A stretch of DNA of 64,000 nucleotides, taken from Octopus sinensis (Eukaryota). The notes beneath the pieces are model-generated. The model saw only the letters and a program-made list of their open reading frames with translations. It ran no database searches and was not told the origin of the DNA. Of this stretch, positions 1 to 12,262 are shown one piece after another (positions within the stretch are counted from its first letter, which is position 1; each line of letters starts with the position of its first letter). Made by a program: the position numbers and the translations under genes. Where the stretch lies: contig NC_043005.1 of assembly GCF_006345805.1 (NCBI RefSeq), positions 49,290,001 through 49,354,000 of the forward strand, given 5' to 3'.

Positions 1-84
1 AGGAAGTTAAAAATCCTCAGAACTTCCCAGGAAGTTTTCGACCAAATTTCCCGGAAGTTAGAAATTCCTCGGAACCATCAGCAG

Positions 85-370
<286 letters not shown>

Positions 371-749
371 TCAATATGATTAAATTATTATCTGAAAAAA
401 AGAAATAAAAAATATGGATAAGGTCGACTGGAAGAAAAACGGAGAATCTAACGCACTGACAATAATACCATTAAATCCAAGAATAAGTGTAATAATAATA
501 CTATTAATAAAAAAACGAAAACTGGGCACGCATGTATAACCACAGCGCTGGCCGCTGGCTTCCAATTCCCTAATCTAACTGTAGGCTTTAAGCTAGGTTA
601 GACTAACCTAACCTGAACCCACAAAATATGGTTAAAAAAGCGATATGTTACTTACAATTATATAATATTCTAATTGTTATCACAACGTTAATTTCACATG
701 TACTTCATATATTTCCATAATTAATAGGTCTTTAATAAAGACACCTTTC

Positions 750-1166
750 GGATCTTTTCGGTTTGAACGGCAGTTTTTAACATAATTTCTAGGTAACTAA
801 AAAGTTTTAAACTTCGTTTACTGGTAGAATGTGTTTATAAAACATCCTTTTCTCTTGGCTTTATTGAGAAAATTCTATAGTTTGTATGATATTTGTTGTT
901 TTTTTCTGCTTCAATTTCTGCAATTCCAACCAATCAATTACGTCCATTGAGGTAAAATCATTCTGTGCCGTATGAATATGTCCCTCATTTAAGAAACAGA
1001 TTGGGTTTATTTACATTTCTGAAGAAAAAAAGATACCCTCCCCCCACTCCTAACCCTAACTCTAAAACAGATTGAAATGCAATAGATCGATACTAGGGTC
1101 ATAATTATGGGTGACAATTTCATATGACACCGCTAAAAAAAACTGCCGTTCTAACCGAAAAGATCC
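750..1166. mobile_element. Non-autonomous DNA transposon (MITE), GGATCTTTTC-TIR family, 417 bp
   Basis: TIRs ggatcttttcggtttgaacggcagtttt / aaaactgccgttctaaccgaaaagatcc. Exact 8-bp TSD cacctttc at 742-749 and 1167-1174. A second copy lies at 55098-55518. Confidence 0.9.
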
Positions 1167-1588
1167 CACCTTTCCCACAAAATGAACAGATAACAAAGTT
1201 ATCGCAATCAGCCGTTTAGGTAAATAAATTTAGAAACTCGTGAAACAATATTCACGACTGAATTTACGACAAATTATTTGCAAAGTAAATTGCTAATCGC
1301 TTTGTTAATGTAATTTTCACAAGCATGTGTGATCAAAGGTGTCCCATATGCTGTACTTTCACGACTATCGTTTTTGGCACTTGGCTATTGTTGGTTGCAA
1401 ATCGATTTGTTAACGTATTCTTCTGGGGGTAGCCAGGTATCACGATATATTTCCCCCTTTTCTTGACAAAATATTTAGGTTTTCTCTTACAATTTGTTGC
1501 AAGAGAAAACGGAGAAACCACCGGAGAGTATTATACAAATAAGGTGCCTGGCTGCAAGGCTGGACACACGCACTTCTCTGGAATGCTG

Positions 1589-1615
1589 TCTTGCACCCCT
1601 GGTTGGGAAACACTA
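1589..1615 (-). mobile_element. hAT-Charlie-type terminal inverted repeat, probable 5' end of the element whose transposase starts at 361
   Basis: Reverse complement reads tagtgtttcccaaccaggggtgcaag, close to the CAGTGTTTCCCAAC-type Charlie terminus. Confidence 0.55.
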
Positions 1616-2779
1616 ACTTAGAGAATGTGGGAGGTGAATGAGGTTAGGCGATAGTTAACTGCAACAGACTTCTTTCTCTTTTTTGAAGACCAGAATAACG
1701 GAGTGACTTAAGAACTATTTCGGTAAAAAGACTGCATGTAAAGAGCTACAATTTTCACAGAATTCTAGGGTTCTTTTGTACCCACTTTTAGAACTGAAGG
1801 TCAATTTTAAAATTAATATTTAATTTCCATTTATTTAGAAAACCAAGTTTTCATGATTTTCAGTAAGAAGTACTCTCCCTTGCACTGATGTGCTAGTCAA
1901 AGTCGTGGCTATTGATTTAAGTCTTCGTCAGACCTAATCTAGAATTCTAGCTATTAGCTTTTTATCTTTTACTTGTTTCACTCATTTGACTGTGGCCTTT
2001 ATTTTATTTTATCAAATTGGCCATGAAGGCCTTACAGAGAAGCAATGCGGGTTGGAAATATACATTAATGATATGAAAATGACAAATAAGAATGATGTAA
2101 ATGGGAAGGGTATTCGACGCCCGCAGACCGAACCCCCTTCGAAATCACAGGTTTTTTTATTACATAAAAATCAAAAAGTCAATCAAGCATCAAAAATAAA
2201 CTATCACTTTTCCTTTCTTCCTCCTTCCGGACCCCCAGTCAAGTATCTAGCAGAGCAGACCGCGTTGACAACCGGGGTTCAGAAAGAAGAAGGCGAAGTG
2301 CCTTTTATCAAATGTTTGTGTTACACAGTGCCACAATTTATAACTCACCCTCAACATCGCTTGTGCCCGCATCCTCTGCCATCCTCCACGCCTCATTCAA
2401 GATCAAAGCGGGTTCCGTGTCGCCGTCGCCCGGGTACAAGCGATATTGCTCATTGAGTTCCTCCAGCCTAAACGTCACATCCAACGTTATGACCTCCACA
2501 GCTATCTGCGGAGGCCATTCGGGATCCTGTGTGCAGGCTAAAGGTGCTCCCTTATGGTGCTTTTTCACCACTTTTTCAACCTCCTTTTCAACCATTTGAG
2601 TGCGGCCTTGCTGAGGCACTGCCTTGAATGCTTTAGTCGAATAAATCGATCCCAGTACTTATTTTTAAAATGAACAATAGTGTACAGTAAGATTCATGAT
2701 AAGTCCGAGAAGTGTAAAGTTCCATACACCTTGTTTGTTGTTCTGTCTGTTGTTTTTTAGTACATTTACACCACCTGCT

Positions 2780-3030
2780 TATTTTAAAGCCTGTTATTTG
2801 TTCTATCGGTTTTTATGCCGAACCGCTAAGTTACAGGCAAGTGTATGAAACCAATAACGGTTGTCAAGCGGTGTGGTGGGGCACAAGCACGCACACACAT
2901 ACGACAGGCTTCTTTGAGTTCTTTCTACCAGAACTCAGGCTTTGGTCGGTAGGGGCTATAGTTGAGGAAACTTGCCCATGCACTGGAACTGAACCCGGAA
3001 TCATGTTGGGAAGCAAGCTTCTTACCACAA
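2780..3030 (-). mobile_element. tRNA-derived SINE, degraded copy
   Basis: Similar to the full copy at 10624-11033, with the tgtggtaagaagcttgcttccc head on the minus strand. Confidence 0.65.
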
Positions 3031-3759
3031 ACCTTACGTTATCAGAAAAGAAGAGGAAAAATTTCCATCGCCTCCCAAAACAGACAGACAGACGGACGGA
3101 CAGAGAGACAGACACACACACACATATATAGAGAGAGGGAGAGAGTGGTAGATGGCAGAATCAGTAGGCTGTTGGCTTATCATGACGATAGAAAATGTAA
3201 CAAAATTCTGCAGCGGTTAAAAAGGAAGGGAATCAAATCTGGAGCGTCTACATGGTTGCTATCAAATGACTGGAACTCATAGATGATCATACATAGAGAA
3301 ATTATGTATGTACATACATGGAAATGACGTGTGTGTCAAATAACCGTTTAAATTTAAGAGTTACCTCCCTTGCCTTGTTAGGCAGAGACGCTTTCGCAGC
3401 TCGAGATGTAATTTGCTTGTAAAGAAAGTGAACTCTTATGTTGATGGGACGCTATTACCGAAGGTCAACGAAGAAGCACTTTATTAATATTATTATTTCT
3501 TTTACATGTTATCAATATCGTATAATACCACTTAAAATCGAAGACTTTATCTATATGTGCATTTACAGATATTTCGACATCTTCAGAAAGGAAACTGATT
3601 TCGTGATGAAACTAAAAACGCAGTGTATAGTATGGAATCCGTCTCTGTTACATCGACCGTTTATCCTTAACTTGTTTCTGTTATTTGACAGCTGCTATGC
3701 TGCAGTACCACCAAGTCGAACAAATGGACTTTAAAAAAAGTTTGGTACTTATCCTATTG

Positions 3760-4270
3760 GTCTCTTAGCCCAGCGCAGGGACGTAAACAAATCGACAACG
3801 GTTGTGGAGCGGTGACTGAAGTCAAACACTTAACAGAAAGACACGCACATATAGACACACACACATACACGCACACGCACAGAGTCGATGGGTTTCCTTC
3901 AGTTTCCGTCTACCAAATCCATTTACAAGGATTTGGTCGGCCCATAATTATTGTTGTAGAAAACGCATGCCCAGGTGTCACATAGTGGGACTGAACCCAA
4001 GACCCCATGGTTGGGAAGCAAGTATCTTACTCACACAGCTATTTAGAATATTTACTTATAATATTCATAATATGCATTAGTGAAGCGGCGAAATGACAGA
4101 ATCGTGAAAACGTCAGACAAAATTCTCAGTGATATTTCATCGGTTTTTACGTTCTGAGTTCAAATCTACCGAATTCGACTTTGCCTTTCATAAGTACTAG
4201 TTGAACACTGGGATCTATGTAATCGACTAACCCATCCCCCAAATTTTAGGCCACGTACCAATTGTAAGAA
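3760..4270. mobile_element. Two adjacent degraded SINE copies
   Basis: 3760-4040 matches the 10624-type SINE on the minus strand. 4080-4270 matches the ggcgagctggcagaa...ttctgagttcaaat SINE. Confidence 0.6.
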
Positions 4271-5653
4271 AGGATTAATAAGCTTTAGTATAGACCAGTT
4301 ATAGGCAATCTGTGACACGCGGACCTTCTGAATGATACGACCACCAAAAAATTACCCTAATTCTTTTTAGTAGCGCGGCCCACCTGATGATGGACCTTAT
4401 TTCATGCGTTTCGCTTCTCGGAAAAGGTTGCTCTTGTGCCTAATGTAGATCGATTGCTTGTAGCTTTGTTAAGCTGTACGCAAACAAACTAGTGGAGACG
4501 AGAATACATTTATCAAAGGTTTATTACTTTACGTACGTCAGGGCTTAAATCGTCAGTTTAGTTCACTCAGATACGTTTCACACTCACTGTTGACATTCTT
4601 CTGTTTTCCTTCTATCGAAAGTCCCTGCTGACCAACTTCCTAGCTAGCCCGCAGTGAAGTTTCTGTCATTGGAAACGGGAAGGCGTTTTAATTATCCTGC
4701 TCATGCTTGTGGTTACTCGATTCTTTGGTGACTATTCCATGTCAAAGGTTGGTGTGATCTATCTAGGACGGCTCTGTTTGGTGGTTGAGCCACCTGAACG
4801 GGGCTGTCAATATCGAGATGGGCCGGTTTCAATCTATCGATGGAGACCGTCTTGTCGTCCGCCAATTAGGAGTTTATTATCTCCCGGATGTGTGACTTGA
4901 TATGGACCATCGTAGGGTGACTGGAGGGGTCTTCGTCGTGTGTCACGTCGAACGAACACAAAGCTAGCCGTGCGGAGGTCATTTGGTACGGATGATCTGG
5001 GTGTACTGTGTGTCGATATGGGAACAGGGCACAACTGGCCGACGCTGTCTCTCAGTTGAGCGAAGTACCTTTTGACATCTGAGTATGACTTCGTATTCGG
5101 AAGGAACTCTCCTGGCACTGTAAAGGGAGCACCGTACACCATTTCCACGGAGGAAGTGTTGAGATTTTCTTTTGGGGGTAGTGCAGATTCCCGGCATCAC
5201 GCATGGGAGTTGGTCAATCCAATTTGGCCCGTTAAGCCTGGTTGTCAGGGATTCCTTCAGGCAGTGGTGAAATCTCTCCACTAATCCGTTGGCCTGTGGG
5301 TGGTAGGCTGTTGTGCGGTTCATTGTGATTCCAAAAAGGTCACACATGTCATTCTACACCTTTGAGGTGAATTGGGATCCCGATCGGATGAGATGCTATC
5401 TGGGACACCGAAACGGTCGACCCAGTTTACGATGAGGGCTCGGCTGAACTCTTGTGTTTCCGTGCTTCAGGCCAACGGGTGTAGCGGTCTACCATGGTCA
5501 GTAGATACAAGCAACCGTGTGAAGGTGGTAGGGGGCCGACATGGCTGAATCGGGCCTGAGGTGGTTCATAGTTGCCGAGGGGTGCTTTGGTGTGTTGATG
5601 GCCATAACGTGCCAGATAAACTTGCTTGACAGCAGCTGCCGAGTGGCTTTAGT

Positions 5654-6039
5654 CATCATCATCATTGTTCGACCGTGGTCGAGACAATGGAATTTACTAT
5701 GTTACGCCAGACTTCATGGTCCATCATAGCATTACGGAGGTCCTGTTGCTGGATGCCTGTATCCCTGGAGATTACATCAGGGTAGGAGAGTGTGCGCCCT
5801 CTGGTATTGCGAGTAGATGGCTTCCAGAGGAGAAGAGTAGAAATTACTTCTTTTTCAGCTCTACAACAATGTCCAGCAAACTGGACTCTCCTACCTTTCA
5901 CAAGAGATGACACAGGTGGTAATTTCCCATATATTTGCATTTTGGTTGGATGGCGCTTCCACGAGAGATTTTGAGCTCTCATAAGGAGGCGAGTGTAGGT
6001 TCCATCCAACCGCCTCTCAGGCTTCTTTGATAACGTCCA
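5654..6039 (-). mobile_element. RTE-type LINE 3' fragment (5'-truncated) with (TGA)n tail, inserted in the Gypsy integrase
   Basis: WTLSKKPERRLDGTYTRLLMRAQNLSWKRHPT...RRVQFAGHCCRA...DHEVWR. Tail catcatcatcatt. 11-bp TSD gtggctttagt at 5643-5653 and 6278-6288. Confidence 0.85.
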
Positions 6040-6758
6040 TCTAGGTGTCCGCCACTTTCGGTAGTTCCTTGAAGGCTGCACGTTTACAGTATTCACGGAT
6101 CACAAATTACCTTTGCTATGAGGAAGCTCTCGGAGCCTTGGTCTGCACGCCAGCAACGACAGCTATCGGCAATTTCTGAGTACACCACAGACATCCAACA
6201 CATAGCCGGCAAGGGCAACCCAGTTGCCGACGCACTCTGCTGTGCTCCTACCCGCACTCACACCTACCTAGCTTTAGGTGGCTTTAGTACCTGGGTGGGA
6301 AAGTCCGTGAATGATGTCGAAAACTTTCTTGAGCCAAGCTGATGGGACGATCGATCGTGGCTTTCCAGTGGATACATCACACAGTAGGGTTGTGCTGTTA
6401 GAGCCAAAGCGTACGTCCAGCAAAGAAGGTGATGTGATGGCATTGCGGTAAGCCCTGATCACGTCATCTGCCTGTTGGGTTGCGGCCATAGCTTCGTAAT
6501 CCAAGCCTTCCGTTATTGGTGCTAGGTAGGTGTGAGTGCGGGTAGGAGCACAGCAGAGTGCGTCGGCAACTGGGTTGCCCTTGCCGGCTATGTGTTGGAT
6601 GTCTGTGGTGTACTCAGAAATTGCCGATAGCTGTCGTTGCTGGCGTGCAGACCAAGGCTCCGAGAGCTTCCTCATAGCAAAGGTAATTTGTGATCCGTGA
6701 ATACTGTAAACGTGCAGCCTTCAAGGAACTACCGAAAGTGGCGGACACCTAGATGGAC
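6035..6758. repeat. Perfect 238-bp inverted duplication (6035-6272 vs 6521-6758)
   Basis: Direct reverse-complement comparison. The identical peptides at the start of ORFs 6118..6342(+) and 6274..6675(-) confirm it. Confidence 0.95.
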
Positions 6759-7340
6759 AGACTATAGTTCCCTGTCAAAAGCACTGTATTTCTGTTTAGG
6801 GGGTCGTAGTTGTCGGCTGAAGAAGGCGAGCGATCGCCACTGACTGTTGATGCGTTATTCCAAAACGCCCACAACAGCCGTGTCGGATGCGTCAACTGTG
6901 GGTGCAGTCTAAGCTGACATGTGAGGATGGGACAGCATGGTTGCTTGGTCCAGGGCTTGTTTTGTGGATTCGAAGGCTGAAGTCATTGTACTATCCCACT
7001 CCACCTGTCTTTTTGAACCCTTTTTTAACAGTGCCTTGTATAGGGGTCTCATCACTTTTGTAGCAGAAGGGATGAAGCGATGGTAAAAATTTACCATGCA
7101 CACGAATTAAGGTAGAGCCTTGCTTGTGGTGGGGCGTGGAAAGGATAGGATAGCTTTTATTTTTTCCGGTAGGGGTGTAACACCGGCACTTGTGATTCGA
7201 TGTCCCAAGAAGTCGATTTCTGCTGCACCAAAAACGCACTTGGCGAGGTTGATTACTAAACCATACTGTTCCAACCTATCAAAAAGAGTCACTAGGTGCT
7301 TCTTATGTAGCTCTGCGTTTGGGCCTGCAATAAGGATGTC

Positions 7341-7587
7341 ACGGAAAGCGGAGCCAACCTTTAACAGCCGTCAAAGAGTCCACAATCAAGGCATACGGTC
7401 GTGACACCCTTTCTCTCAACATCGGCTCACAAAAATACACATGGGTATTCACCATCGCCAATGTCCATTAGCCCATAATCGGTGTAGACTTTCTTCGAGC
7501 ACACTTGCTACCGGTGGAATTGCAGGGAAGACGAATCCTCGACAACAACACATACGCTTCTGTGCTGTTGTTCCATCGTCGGGGTCA
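7341..7587 (+). mobile_element. Gypsy protease-region fragment in opposite orientation to the adjacent RT
   Basis: Plus strand reads LTAVKESTIKAYGRDTLSLNIG...WVFTIANVH*PIIGVDFLRAHLLPVELQGRRILD, the typical Gypsy protease C-half. Confidence 0.75.
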
Positions 7588-8068
7588 CTCTCTCTCTCTC
7601 TCTCTATATATATATCCCTCGCTTGTAATAGGAGATAGAAAACCGTTACAATCAGTAAATTGGTAAACAAAGGCAACAATACCGTTTGAGGCTTGACCGA
7701 GTCATCTCCCTTATGACTTCAGTGGCGAAATGGGAATCTCCATTTCGAGTTTGTGGGGCCTTTTTTTCGGCTCTAATCGACGAATGGGAAATCCCACTGA
7801 TAAAGCAGGTAGCGTTTGAAAAGTGGGTATAGGCTATAAATCTCGTTTTTAGAATTTACAATAAGACTGAGTTTTTATGAATCCTTGCTCGCTCAGCTAT
7901 GCAAAGTTTGCATCGTCTGCTCCTGTTTATGTCGGGACTCGGCTGCTCTATGATCTTCCATTCAATTCCATAAGGCGCCATATTTGGTGTGACGTATCGT
8001 CTTTCTTGGATATATACATATATATACATGAATGTACGTATGCGTCAGTGTGTGTGTGTGCGTATTTT

Positions 8069-10253
8069 TTTTTACTTGTCTCAGTCATTTGACTGCGGCC
8101 ATGCTGGTGCACCGCCTTTAGATGAACAACAAATCGACCCCAGGACTTATTCCGGATCTTTTCCTTTTGAAAGCCAGATTTTCCTAGTTAACTAAACAAT
8201 TTGAAACTTCGTATACTGGTAGAATGTGTCAATAGAAAACATAATTGTAAACCAAAATGAAAACGGAATTGTAATTTCTAAGTTTAACGTTGTTTAAAAA
8301 TTCGAATTTTAACCAATGATATTCTTTCTTTCGGCCTCATATTATTTACTGCTTCTCAAAATATTGTTACTGTGACGTAAACAGCTATTTTGTGACGTAG
8401 TTAACATAGCTAAAATGTAAACATCACCGTCCCATATAACAAAGTCCTAAACAGACAGAATAATAATAAAAATACGGCGGGCTTTCGAAATAGCTGTCGA
8501 GAATAAAATGAAATTTCGATGGTAAATTTTTGGAGGGGTTTCGGTAATTTTCGTCACTCTAAAATACATATAATTCGCATTAAATCTTATTTTTCTGAAA
8601 AATCCACGTTTTAAAACATTTTCACTGCCCACCACTTCATCGTGCCTTTGGAGTAGGTGTCACACTTGGGATGGTCAAACCTAGAATATCTTTCATCATA
8701 GGTAATTGCTTGGAGTTCACCTTGAGAGCTAAAACTATATATTTAGTTTCGATATAAAAAATAAAATTGCACAAAATTTTGGCACAAGACCAACAATTTG
8801 GGAGGAGGGGTTAATCGATTACATTGACTGGTACTTAACTGATCATGAAAGGTAAAGTCGACGACGACGGTAACGTGAGGAGTCGGAAGAAATGCCACAA
8901 GGTATTTTGTCCGACGCACGAACGATTCTGCCAGCTTGCCCACCCACTTCCTTAATAATATTTCTTTCTCCAGTAAGTACAAGGCCTGAAGCTGATGGGA
9001 AGAACTAGTCGATTGTATTCAACTGGTACTTATTCTATAAGCGCCGCCCGAGAGAAGGAAAGCTCAGCAATATTCGAACACGGAACGTAAAGATTCGTAA
9101 GAAATGACGCTAGGCATTTTATCCGATGCGCTACCGATTCTGCCAGCTTTACATTATATTTTTCGTCGAAGTTTAACTATGTCACCTTGATGATATATTT
9201 TTACGCGTGGACAAATAATAGAGAGATAATGTGGATCAGATGATATTACATGCTGACAAGGGCTTGGTAAAGGACTGTTAGAATGTTTAGGGATACGGTC
9301 CTATACGTTCGGGTTTCAACCCTCACCGGAATTCAAAACAAGCCGTCTGTTCTTCCACGGTCGAGAAAATACATCGATCAAGTATTGGAGATCGATATAA
9401 ATTATTATACCCTCCACTCACCCCAAAATATATGCTTTGTGTCTATAATCAATATTACAAATATATTGTTAATGCTATTTAACTCAGGTCATCCTGATAA
9501 ACCCGGTTGAGGATCAAAGGGTTCCAACTATGACCAACCCGTATTTTTGCCCCCCTCACTTTTTTTTCAGATATAGCATCTATGGTTATATTAGCAATGT
9601 ACCCTTCCTTTAACCCAGTAGTATATGGTTTTAAGGGGATTTGGGTGTTATTCCTAGCACATCGACAAGCGAAAACGCAGAGGGGCCCTGATTATGTGCG
9701 AGTATGTGAATGGATGGGTACGTTTGTGTATGTGGGTGCATACAAGCCAAATAACCGGTTCAAGGCGTGTGTCAAACTGAAGAATCAAAGCGTGTGCACA
9801 AGTTTATAGTAAATATATACATTGTATAGAGAAAACACCCGAAGCCTATACAAAAACACTGAATATGTGTTTATTATTCATCCAAAGTAAACGTCACAAA
9901 ACAGCTGTTTACGTCACAGTAACAATATGTTTAGACGGAGCAAATAATTTCAACTCAATACAGAGAATACGATTGGTTAAAATTCGCAGATTTAAACTAC
10001 GTTTAAACTTATAAAATACATTTTTGTCAAAAAAACTAGTTGAAATTATTGTTTTCTTTTGACACATTCTACCAGTATACGAAGTTTCAAATTATTTAGT
10101 TAACTAGAAAAATCTGAAAAATCTGGCTTTCAAAAAGAAAAGATCCCTTATTCCTTGTATGCCAAGTACTTATTCTATCGGTTTCTTTTTGCCGAACCTC
10201 TGAGTTACGGGGACGTAAACACACCAACATCGGTTGTCAAGCGATGGTGGAGA

Positions 10254-10330
<77 letters not shown>

Positions 10331-10490
10331 ACATATATATACAACGGGTTTCTTTCAGTTTCCGTCTACCAAATCCACTCACAAGGCTTTGGTCGGCACG
10401 AGCCTATAGTAGAAGACACTTGCTCAAGGTGCTTTGCAGTGGGGACTGAACCTGGAACTATGTGGTTGGTAAGCGCAAGCTACTTAGCAC
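8069..10490 (-). mobile_element. SINE copy split by the 8154-10146 insertion (halves 8069-8153 and 10147-10490)
   Basis: Removing the insertion and one TSD restores gacttattccttgtatgccaagtacttattctatc, matching the reverse complement of the intact SINE at 10914-10945. Confidence 0.85.
8154..10146. mobile_element. 2-kb non-autonomous long-TIR DNA transposon of the GGATCTTTTC family (MULE/Merlin/hAT-like; superfamily unresolved)
   Basis: ~250-bp imperfect TIRs (8154-~8400 and ~9890-10146). Exact 8-bp TSD cttattcc at 8146-8153 and 10147-10154. It splits a SINE into two contiguous halves. Confidence 0.88.
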
Positions 10491-10623
10491 ACAATATGTG
10501 TGTGTGTGTGTATGTGCGTGTGTGTGTATACGTATATATGCATACTATACACACGCACACACACACACACACATATATATACATATATATATATATGTAG
10601 GCGCATATATATATATATAGGCG

Positions 10624-11030
10624 GGCGCAGGAGTGGCTGTGTGGAAAGTAGCTTCCTTACCAACCACATGGTTCCGAGTTCAGTCCCACTACGTGGCACC
10701 TTGGGCAAGTGTCTTCTACTATAGCCTCGGGCCGACCAATGCCTTGTGAGTGGATTTGGTAGACGGAAACTGAAAGAAGCCTGTCGTATATATGTATGTG
10801 TGTGTGTGTGTGTGTTTGTGTGTCTGTGTTTGCCTCCCTAGCATTGCTTGACAACCGATGCTGGTGTGTTTACGTCCCCGTCACTTAGCGGTTCGGCAAA
10901 AGAGATCGATAGAATAAGTACTGGGCTTACAAAGAATAAGTCCCGGGGTCGATTTGATCGACTAAAGGCGGTGCTCCAGCATGGCCGCAGTCAAATGACT
11001 GAAACAAGTAAAAAAGTAAAAGAGTAAAGA

Positions 11031-11033
<3 letters not shown>
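10624..11033 (+). mobile_element. Full-length tRNA-derived SINE (most abundant family in the window)
   Basis: Head ggagtggctgtgtgg with B-box-like gagttcagtcc, internal (TA/TG) tract and aagtaaaag tail. More than 10 partial copies occur in the window. Confidence 0.8.
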
Positions 11034-11063
<30 letters not shown>

Positions 11064-11065
<2 letters not shown>

Positions 11066-12262
11066 AGGGTTGGACAAAATAATGGAAACACCTTAAAATT
11101 TCAAATAAATTTATTTTAATATGGGGTAGGACCACCTTTGGCAGTAATTACAGCTTGAATTCTACGAGGTAATGAACTCGTACAAAGTTTGAATTGTTTC
11201 CAAAGAAATTTTTGTCCATTCTTCAGCTAAAATAATCTCCAGTTCTTGTAGTAATGATGGTAGAGAACATCGTACTTGTTTTTCCAAAATGCACCATAAA
11301 TGTTCAATAATATTGAAATCTGGAGACTGTAGTGGCCAGATAAGATGTTCAACTTCACTAGAATGTTCCAGCTGCCATTCAACAACTTTAGCTGTGTGGA
11401 TTGGTGCATTAACATCCTGAAGGATTGCGTTTCCCTCCGGATACAGTTCCGCAACCATAGGATGAATTCGATCGGATAAAATGCTTAAATATTCTTGACT
11501 ATCAATTCTGCCATGAAGGGAAACCATTGGGCCGGTGGATTTCCAAGATATAACCCCTCCAGAATATCACAGATTCTCCTCCATGTTTAACAGTTGGAAG
11601 AATGCAGTCTGGGTCAGATGCTTCTTTTGGCTATCTCCACGCGTATACTCGGCCGGTAGTTAGAAATAAGGTAAAGGATGAATCATCCGAGAAAAGAACA
11701 TTCTTCCACTGCTCTAGGGACCAATTCTGTGTTTTTTCTCCACTCTTAACGCTTTGCAACGTTTGTTTTCGAAAGTAGTAGTTTTTTTATTGCAGCCCTT
11801 CCGTGAATTCCGGCTTTGTGCAGCTCCCAGCGAACAGTTTTTGTGGAAACCGGGTTCTCGAGGTGGTCATTAAGCTCTGCAGTAATTTTGGGAACTGTAC
11901 TTTTGTGATCCTTTCTAACAATTTGCGTAAGAGTCCGATGCTCTCTATCTGAAAGTGTTGGTTTTCTTCCGGAGTTTTTTTTTTTCGACGAGGAGATTTT
12001 TCCCTTTTTCTCAAAGGCTGTCATTACTTTCGAGACAGTACTTCTTCATACACCAAACATTTCGGCTGATTTCGTTACGCTAGCGCCTGCCATACGAGCA
12101 CCAACAATTTGACCTCTTTGAAAGTCCGATAGATGTCATTTTAATGAATTTTAATTACCTTTTTCTGATGTTATCTGAAAAGAAACAGCAATTTTAATAA
12201 AACATATTAAGCAACACTAATAATAAATAAGACATAAAAATAAATAAGCTTTTGACTGTTTC
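11064..12262 (-). mobile_element. Tc1-like transposon remnant
   Basis: Terminus caagggttggacaaaataatggaaacacc after TA. HTH region (SGRKPTLSDREHRTL...TVRWELHKAG) and DDE region (ILQDVNAPIHT, WPLQSPDFNIIEHLW, KGGPTPY*). The other end is lost at a SINE. Confidence 0.88.

Larger units (their letters stand above)
4700..7340 (-). mobile_element. Ty3/Gypsy LTR-retrotransposon pol remnant (RT C-half, RNase H, integrase), with stops and frameshifts, interrupted at 5654-6277
   Basis: RT: DILIAG, LVINLAKCVFG...FLGHRIT, MVNFYHRFIP. RNase H: VDASD, YSAFDREL, FTVFTDHK, NPVADAL. Integrase: HGLSHPGTKAT, TTAYHPQANGLVERFH, SPYDGPYQV (GPY/F). Confidence 0.92.

Noticed and set aside
4311-4700. Possible 3' LTR of the Gypsy element
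   Set aside because: There is a TG start and a minus-strand AATAAA, but no polypurine tract, second LTR or TSD to support boundaries.
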